NCBI GenBank assembly: GCA_050952225.1
Contig: JBMNKL010000001.1
Coordinates: 814,589 to 878,588 of the forward strand
Direction: 5' to 3'
From: Acetivibrionales bacterium
GTDB taxonomy: Bacteria > Bacillota > Clostridia > Acetivibrionales > DTU013
DNA: 64,000 nucleotides
A program made the translations under genes and the position numbers. Each line of letters opens with the position of its first letter. The first letter of the stretch is position 1. This document shows positions 59,183 through 64,000 of the stretch, piece after piece. Below the pieces are notes generated by a model. It did no database searches and was not told where the DNA came from. It saw nothing but the letters and a program-made list of their open reading frames with translations.

Positions 59183-59273
59183 ATCATTACTTATCAAGTT
59201 TTATAAAACCGGATTGAGAAGTTATTAAGAAATATATAAATACAGAAAAAGATTCGATAGGGGTGATATAGTA

Positions 59274-60842
59274 ATGAAAACAAACAATTTCAAAAGGTTT
59301 CTGTTAATAGTTTTGGTTTTAGCACTTTTAAGCAATGTTCTTGCAGGATGTTCAAAAAAGGGAGATTCCGGGTCTTCTGAAAAAACCCTGGTTATAGGTT
59401 TTGACCAGGATTCGGAGATTATGGATACCATAAAAACAGCCTGGTATTCCGATGCCTTAATCTATATACATGACAGGCTTGTAACCAGGGATTACGAATT
59501 TGGCTACAGGCCGGGACTGGCTGAGCGGTGGGAAGTATCCAATGATGGCCTGACATGGACCTTTTACCTGAGAAAAGATGTTAAGTTTCACGATGGCAAA
59601 CCTCTTACGTCTGAGGACGTCAAGTGGACCATCGATACCATCAAAGATCCCGATACCGCTTCGCCTTTCAGAGGGGATTTGGAGGCAATCAAGGAAATCA
59701 GGATTGTTGATGAGCATACTTTTGACATGGTTTTAAACTATCCGTTCCCAAATCTCCTGTTCAACCTTTCAAGTACTGCCTCGGGAATCCATCCCGCCAA
59801 CGCCTATGAGAAATATGGCGATGATTATGGTAAGAAGGTTGTTATCGGGACCGGCCCTTACAAGTTGGAAGAGTGGATACCCGGGGATAAGACGGTCCTT
59901 GTTAAAAATGAAGAATATAACTGGGGTCCTGACTGGATGTCAAACAAGGGTCCTGCATTGATTGACAAAATAGTGATAAAGATTATACCCGATGAAAATT
60001 CCAGGATGATGGAGCTCGAGGTAGGAGGCATTCATCTTTTGAGGAATGTCCCTGAAACGTATGTTGAAAAGCTCGACAATAACGAGAACATTACTGTACA
60101 CAAGAGGCCTGCGACAAAGCTGGGGTATCTTGCCTATGCCACAGATAAGGAACCCTTTACCGATGTGAGGGTCCGCAGGGCAATTAACCATGCACTCAAC
60201 CGTGAGGAAATTTTGCAGTTTGTGTTCAGAGGAATCGGCGAGGTGGCTTATGGTTATCTTCCTCCCGCCCTTAAAGATGAATACCTTGAAGAGAGTGAAG
60301 ATTTAGCCTATAAATATGATCCGGAGAAAGCAAGGCAGCTCCTGGCCGAAGCGGGCTATCCTGACGGATTGGAGCTGACTCTTTCGGCAGATAATTCATC
60401 CAAGAGCAGCAAATTGGCTGAGATTATCCAGGTACAGCTTAAAGAAGTAAATATAGATGCAAAAATTCAACTGTATGATTCCGCCAGCTATGCTGATATG
60501 CTCAAAGAAGGGAAACAGGAGCTGTTTATAAGGGAATACAGCTGGCCGAATGCGGATATACTCGACTGGTTCCTGCTTTCCGAAAGGTTCCCTTATCCAA
60601 ACCACTCGAGGTGGGTTGATGAGAAGACTGACGAATTGATTAAGTTTGCAGCCCAGAGACCAACCTGGGAAGAGAGGGCTGAGGGTTACAAGGATGTACA
60701 GCGCTACCTGATTGACCAGGCTGTATGGGCTCCTATTTATATCCCAATGCAGATGATTGCTGTGCGCAATGAAGTAAAGAATTTCAAATATCATCCATGG
60801 ATGCTTCAGTATAATGATGGATTTGATATTGAAGTTAAATAG
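59274..60842 (+). CDS. ABC transporter substrate-binding lipoprotein, family 5 (peptide/nickel)
   Basis: Signal peptide with lipobox LAGCS. 522 aa with a family-5 SBP layout. Confidence 0.88.
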   Translation: MKTNNFKRFLLIVLVLALLSNVLAGCSKKGDSGSSEKTLVIGFDQDSEIMDTIKTAWYSDALIYIHDRLVTRDYEFGYRPGLAERWEVSNDGLTWTFYLRKDVKFHDGKPLTSEDVKWTIDTIKDPDTASPFRGDLEAIKEIRIVDEHTFDMVLNYPFPNLLFNLSSTASGIHPANAYEKYGDDYGKKVVIGTGPYKLEEWIPGDKTVLVKNEEYNWGPDWMSNKGPALIDKIVIKIIPDENSRMMELEVGGIHLLRNVPETYVEKLDNNENITVHKRPATKLGYLAYATDKEPFTDVRVRRAINHALNREEILQFVFRGIGEVAYGYLPPALKDEYLEESEDLAYKYDPEKARQLLAEAGYPDGLELTLSADNSSKSSKLAEIIQVQLKEVNIDAKIQLYDSASYADMLKEGKQELFIREYSWPNADILDWFLLSERFPYPNHSRWVDEKTDELIKFAAQRPTWEERAEGYKDVQRYLIDQAVWAPIYIPMQMIAVRNEVKNFKYHPWMLQYNDGFDIEVK

Positions 60843-60854
60843 GAAGTGTAGCTG

Positions 60855-61775
60855 ATGCTGAAATACATTATAAAAAGAATAGTTTTGATGGTGCCTGTGA
60901 TTATTGTAATGACGCTGATTGTTTTCTCGATATTTTACTTTGCGCCGGGAGATCCCGTTTCCAGAATCGCAGGGCCAAATGCTACGCCGGAGGTTTATGA
61001 GAGCATAAAGCAGAAATATGGGCTGGATAAGCCCTTTGCAGTCCAGTATCTCAGGTTTGCAAAAAGTGTTGTTGAAGGTGATTTGGGGATATCCATCCTT
61101 CAGGACAGGCCGGTAAAAGAAATGATCAGGGAGAGACTGCCGGTAACACTGCAGATTGGATTGCTTGGGTTTTTAATTACCTTTGTTATTGCTATTCCCG
61201 CAGGGGTGATAGCGGCTGTTAAAAAGAACACGGTTGTTGACTACCTGTGCATGTCAGGTTCCCTGCTGGGGATAGCAATCCCTACGTTTTGGCTGGGCAT
61301 GCTGCTTTTATACGTTTTCGCATACAAATTAAGATGGTTCCCGATTTCAGGGGATGGGACAATAAAGCAGCTTATCCTTCCGGCATTCGCGATCGGTTTG
61401 ACAAATGCGGCCATAACCGCGAGAATGGTCAGATCCAGCATGTTGGAAGTCCTGAAGCAGGATTATGTGCGAACCGCGAGAAGCAAAGGGCTTTATGAGA
61501 AAACAGTAATTTACAGCCATGCGCTAAAAAACGCGTTGATTCCAATCATCTCCCTCATGGGATTGAGGCTGGGCTGGATAATAGGAGGATCTGTCGCCCT
61601 GGAGATTATTTTTAGCATCCCGGGGATAGGCAGGTTAATGGTAGATTCAATTTTGGCAAGAGACTACCCTGTTGTTCAAGGCGCAATGATAGTATTGACT
61701 TCATCAATCATTCAGGCAAATATTCTGGCGGACATATTATATGCGGTTGTTGACCCACGGATAAGATATAGCTGA
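60855..61775 (+). CDS. ABC transporter permease (OppB/DppB/NikB-like)
   Basis: 306 aa, 6 TM, and an EAA-like loop YVRTARSKGLYEKTVIYSHALKNAL. Confidence 0.9.
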   Translation: MLKYIIKRIVLMVPVIIVMTLIVFSIFYFAPGDPVSRIAGPNATPEVYESIKQKYGLDKPFAVQYLRFAKSVVEGDLGISILQDRPVKEMIRERLPVTLQIGLLGFLITFVIAIPAGVIAAVKKNTVVDYLCMSGSLLGIAIPTFWLGMLLLYVFAYKLRWFPISGDGTIKQLILPAFAIGLTNAAITARMVRSSMLEVLKQDYVRTARSKGLYEKTVIYSHALKNALIPIISLMGLRLGWIIGGSVALEIIFSIPGIGRLMVDSILARDYPVVQGAMIVLTSSIIQANILADILYAVVDPRIRYS

Positions 61776-61800
61776 ATTTGTGACATAGAAGGTGATAAGT

Positions 61801-62724
61801 GTGGAAGCATATCAGAGCAAGGATATAGAAATCTATACTGATAAAAAGTGGCTTGAACGTGAAGCCGTAGAAGAGGATAAACAGGGAAAGAAGGGCGTAT
61901 TTGCAGATTTTGCGAAAAAGCTTTTCAGACACAAGGGTGCGGTAATAGGCGTCACTATCATTTTCCTGTTTATTTTCACGGCTGTATTTGCGCCCTGGCT
62001 GACCTCCTTTGACTACGACAGCCCGGATATATCCGCCGTGTTAAAGGCTCCTTCACGGGAGCATATATTCGGAACTGATGAGTTTGGCCGGGATATATTC
62101 ACAAGGATAGTTTACGGCGCCAGGATATCTCTTGAAGTAGCTTTTGTAGCGGTGGCCTTCTCACTGGTAATAGGTACTGTATTGGGAGCTGTCGCGGGAT
62201 ATTATGGCGGTGTTGTTGATTACATTATTACTTCCGTTACCGATATAGCGTGGTCTTTCCCCACGACCCTTCTGGCCATAGCGTTCATTTCCGCACTAGG
62301 TTCAGGGCTTCAAAATGTTATAATAGCCATTGCTTTAGCCAGTTGGTCAGGATACTGCAGGGTGGTGAGGGGGCAATTCCTGTCGCTTAAGCAGCGGGAA
62401 TTTGTTGAAGCTGCCCGGGTCCTCGGTATGAGTGACGCGAGGATTATTTTCAGGCATATTCTTCCCAATGCGTTAACGCCAGTGGTTGTAATGGCAACCC
62501 TGGAGTTGCCGAAAGCTATTGTAATTGAAGCATCTTTGAGCTTTTTGGGACTTGGGGCCCAGCCGCCTCAACCCAGCTGGGGAGTTATTCTGGACAGCGG
62601 TAAAGGGTTGCTTGACCAGGCGCCGTGGATTTCCTTTTTCCCGGGGCTTATGATAATGATAGTAGTGCTTGGATTCAACCTTTTTGGCGATGCGTTAAGG
62701 GATGTTTTAGACCCTAATTCATAA
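61801..62724 (+). CDS. ABC transporter permease (OppC/DppC/NikC-like)
   Basis: EAA-like loop FVEAARVLGMSDARIIFRHILPNAL. GTG 61801 is 5 nt after GAAGGTGA. The track start 61792 overlaps the RBS. Confidence 0.88.
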   Translation: MEAYQSKDIEIYTDKKWLEREAVEEDKQGKKGVFADFAKKLFRHKGAVIGVTIIFLFIFTAVFAPWLTSFDYDSPDISAVLKAPSREHIFGTDEFGRDIFTRIVYGARISLEVAFVAVAFSLVIGTVLGAVAGYYGGVVDYIITSVTDIAWSFPTTLLAIAFISALGSGLQNVIIAIALASWSGYCRVVRGQFLSLKQREFVEAARVLGMSDARIIFRHILPNALTPVVVMATLELPKAIVIEASLSFLGLGAQPPQPSWGVILDSGKGLLDQAPWISFFPGLMIMIVVLGFNLFGDALRDVLDPNS

Positions 62725-62978
62725 TGAAATTGAAATTTCCAGGGAAAACAAACCAATTACAGCATTTTGGCGGGCAGGCACAAAAGCTTGTGGTAAATAT
62801 AATGGTTGATAAAAGGAGGAGTTAAAACAGGTAAGATATTACTATACAATCAGCATTTGAACACAAATTGAATCCGCACCTTGCATCTTTGTGCCGATGC
62901 AATAAAGGCAGTAAAAATTCTTAGAATCAAAAACCGGGCAAAATTATCGGATCATTCTAAAAAAAAGGAGATTTAGTC

Positions 62979-63446
62979 ATGAAAGGAAATCCAAAACTTA
63001 TTGAAACCCTGAATGCCTTACTTGCAGACGAACTTGCGGCCATCAATCAGTACATCGTACACGCGGAGATGTGCGAAGACTGGGGCTATAGCAAGCTACA
63101 TGAAGGCTTTGAGAAGAGGTCAATACAAGAGATGAAACACGCCGAACAACTTATCGGAAGGATTCTGTTTCTCGGCGGAAAACCTATCGTAACCAAACTT
63201 AATAATATCAATATCGGGGAGAATGTGCCAAAGCAGATAGAATATGACCTGGCTGCGGAGGAAAGCGCAATCAAAGCCTATAATGATGCCATAGCGCTTG
63301 CAGCCGAGGTATGTGACCATGCAACAAAGGATATCCTTGTAAAAATTCTAAACGACGAAGACAGTCATGTTGATGAACTTGAGGAACTTTTGGATCAGAT
63401 TGAACAGATGTCCTTGCAAATATTCCTTACAACCCAAGTCGGATAA
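62979..63446 (+). CDS. bfr: Bacterioferritin
   Basis: MKGNPKLIETLNALLADELAAINQYIVHAEMCEDWGY, plus ferroxidase-centre Glu/His spacing (E..EMKHAE; EEDSHVDELE). Confidence 0.9.
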   Translation: MKGNPKLIETLNALLADELAAINQYIVHAEMCEDWGYSKLHEGFEKRSIQEMKHAEQLIGRILFLGGKPIVTKLNNINIGENVPKQIEYDLAAEESAIKAYNDAIALAAEVCDHATKDILVKILNDEDSHVDELEELLDQIEQMSLQIFLTTQVG

Positions 63447-63473
63447 TTTTCCTGCAGGCAGATGTAAATTCCA

Positions 63474-63501
63474 GGGGTTGTAGCAATTACAGCCCCTTTT
63501 A
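63474..63501 (+). terminator. Rho-independent terminator after bfr
   Basis: ggggttgt-agcaatt-acagcccc followed by ttttat. Confidence 0.75.
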
Positions 63502-63528
63502 TGTATAGAAATTTTCTAAAAAGTCCTC

Positions 63529-63557
63529 TTGATTGGCGGTCTTTTATTTTATATAAT
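63529..63557 (+). promoter_or_regulatory. Sigma-A promoter upstream of speD
   Basis: TTGATT - 17 nt - TATAAT. It leaves a ~270-nt AT-rich leader. Confidence 0.6.
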
Positions 63558-63835
63558 AATGCTGCTAATGCACAGAATAGGTGTATAAAGGTAAAAGCTC
63601 CTTTTTCGTGTTTTTTGGTTTGTAATTCTAAAACACATCACTCTATGAGCTTTTGCACTATTTATGTAAACATATGAAAAATTATCTGAGTCTGCGGATA
63701 AATTATTAAAAATGGCTTTTTCAATAGATGATATTTTTGTTATATTTTTGTTTGCATAAAAGTATGGTTAAAAACAGGGAAACCGAAAAAAGTTTACTTT
63801 TTTAAAAATAAATCAGAAGGGAAGTGAGATCGGGG

Positions 63836-64000
63836 TTGGAGAAAAAGTTAACCTTGTATGGTTTTAACAATCTTACAAAAACCCTCAGCTTTAACATTTA
63901 CGACCTATGCTATGCTGAAACAGAAAGAGAGAAGAATGATTATATTGAGTATATAGACGAGCAGTATAATTCAGAGAGACTTACAAATATTCTATGCAAG
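63836..64000 (+). CDS. speD: S-adenosylmethionine decarboxylase proenzyme, 5' part (runs off window end)
   Basis: TTG start after [63 protein letters not shown] matches the E. coli-type SpeD N-terminus (KL.GFNNLTK.LSF..YD.CYA). Absent from the ORF track because only 55 codons fall inside the window. Confidence 0.82.
   Translation, partial: MEKKLTLYGFNNLTKTLSFNIYDLCYAETEREKNDYIEYIDEQYNSERLTNILCK

Noticed and set aside
62725-62978. Possible Fur/PerR box upstream of bfr (palindrome ATTCTtAGAAT at about 62926-62936; GATAAT on the reverse strand near 62951-62956).
   Set aside because: The match to the Fur (GATAATGATAATCATTATC) and PerR (TTATAATnATTATAA) consensus sequences is too weak to call without comparative data.

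Overview
This is a 64-kb chromosomal segment from a Clostridia-class Firmicute. That call rests on gene content, Shine-Dalgarno style and protein sequences; the species is not determined. The centre (11.5-27.9 kb) is the conserved transcription/translation cluster rpmG-secE-nusG-rplK-rplA-(L10 leader)-rplJ-rplL-rpoB-rpoC-L7Ae-rpsL-rpsG-fusA-tuf. The left flank holds a GldA/F/G-like ABC system with a DUF4340-like gene, then ykvI-like, cvpA and ilvD-ilvB. The right flank carries, in order:
- a MoxR-DUF58-DUF4129-like cluster, lon, and a PRC-barrel gene
- a multiply frameshifted VanW-domain pseudogene and mecA
- proA, a GH67 alpha-glucuronidase and proB in a rearranged layout
- a class A PBP and a bactofilin-M23 peptidase pair
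- a TetR-controlled ABC-2 exporter
- a P1B-type metal ATPase with a separate CopZ-like protein, and a HemN-like radical SAM gene
- a c-di-AMP (ydaO-class) riboswitch in front of a 5-gene Opp/Dpp/Nik-type ABC importer
- bacterioferritin and the 5' end of speD

I found no rRNA, tRNA, CRISPR array, transposase, integrase or phage gene.

The items I consider most worth a second look:
1. A family of structured intergenic repeats. Two ~190-240-nt copies sit at 28.0-28.2 kb and 40.75-41.02 kb. Shorter copies of a 16-nt motif follow the ilvB stop and the DUF4129-like gene stop. One long copy is bracketed by perfect 23-bp inverted repeats, and its core is flipped relative to a flank shared with the other copy. 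This looks like a MITE or an invertible segment.
2. The c-di-AMP riboswitch coupled to a peptide/nickel-family ABC importer.
3. A palindromic dual-operator, bidirectional promoter at the TetR/ABC locus.
4. A P1B ATPase with CPG in place of the CPC/SPC metal-site motif, next to a 99-aa RIC/hemerythrin-like mini-protein.
5. A non-CIRCE, non-CtsR 11-bp inverted repeat at the lon promoter.

All coordinates and alignments were done by hand from the sequence. No database search was run.
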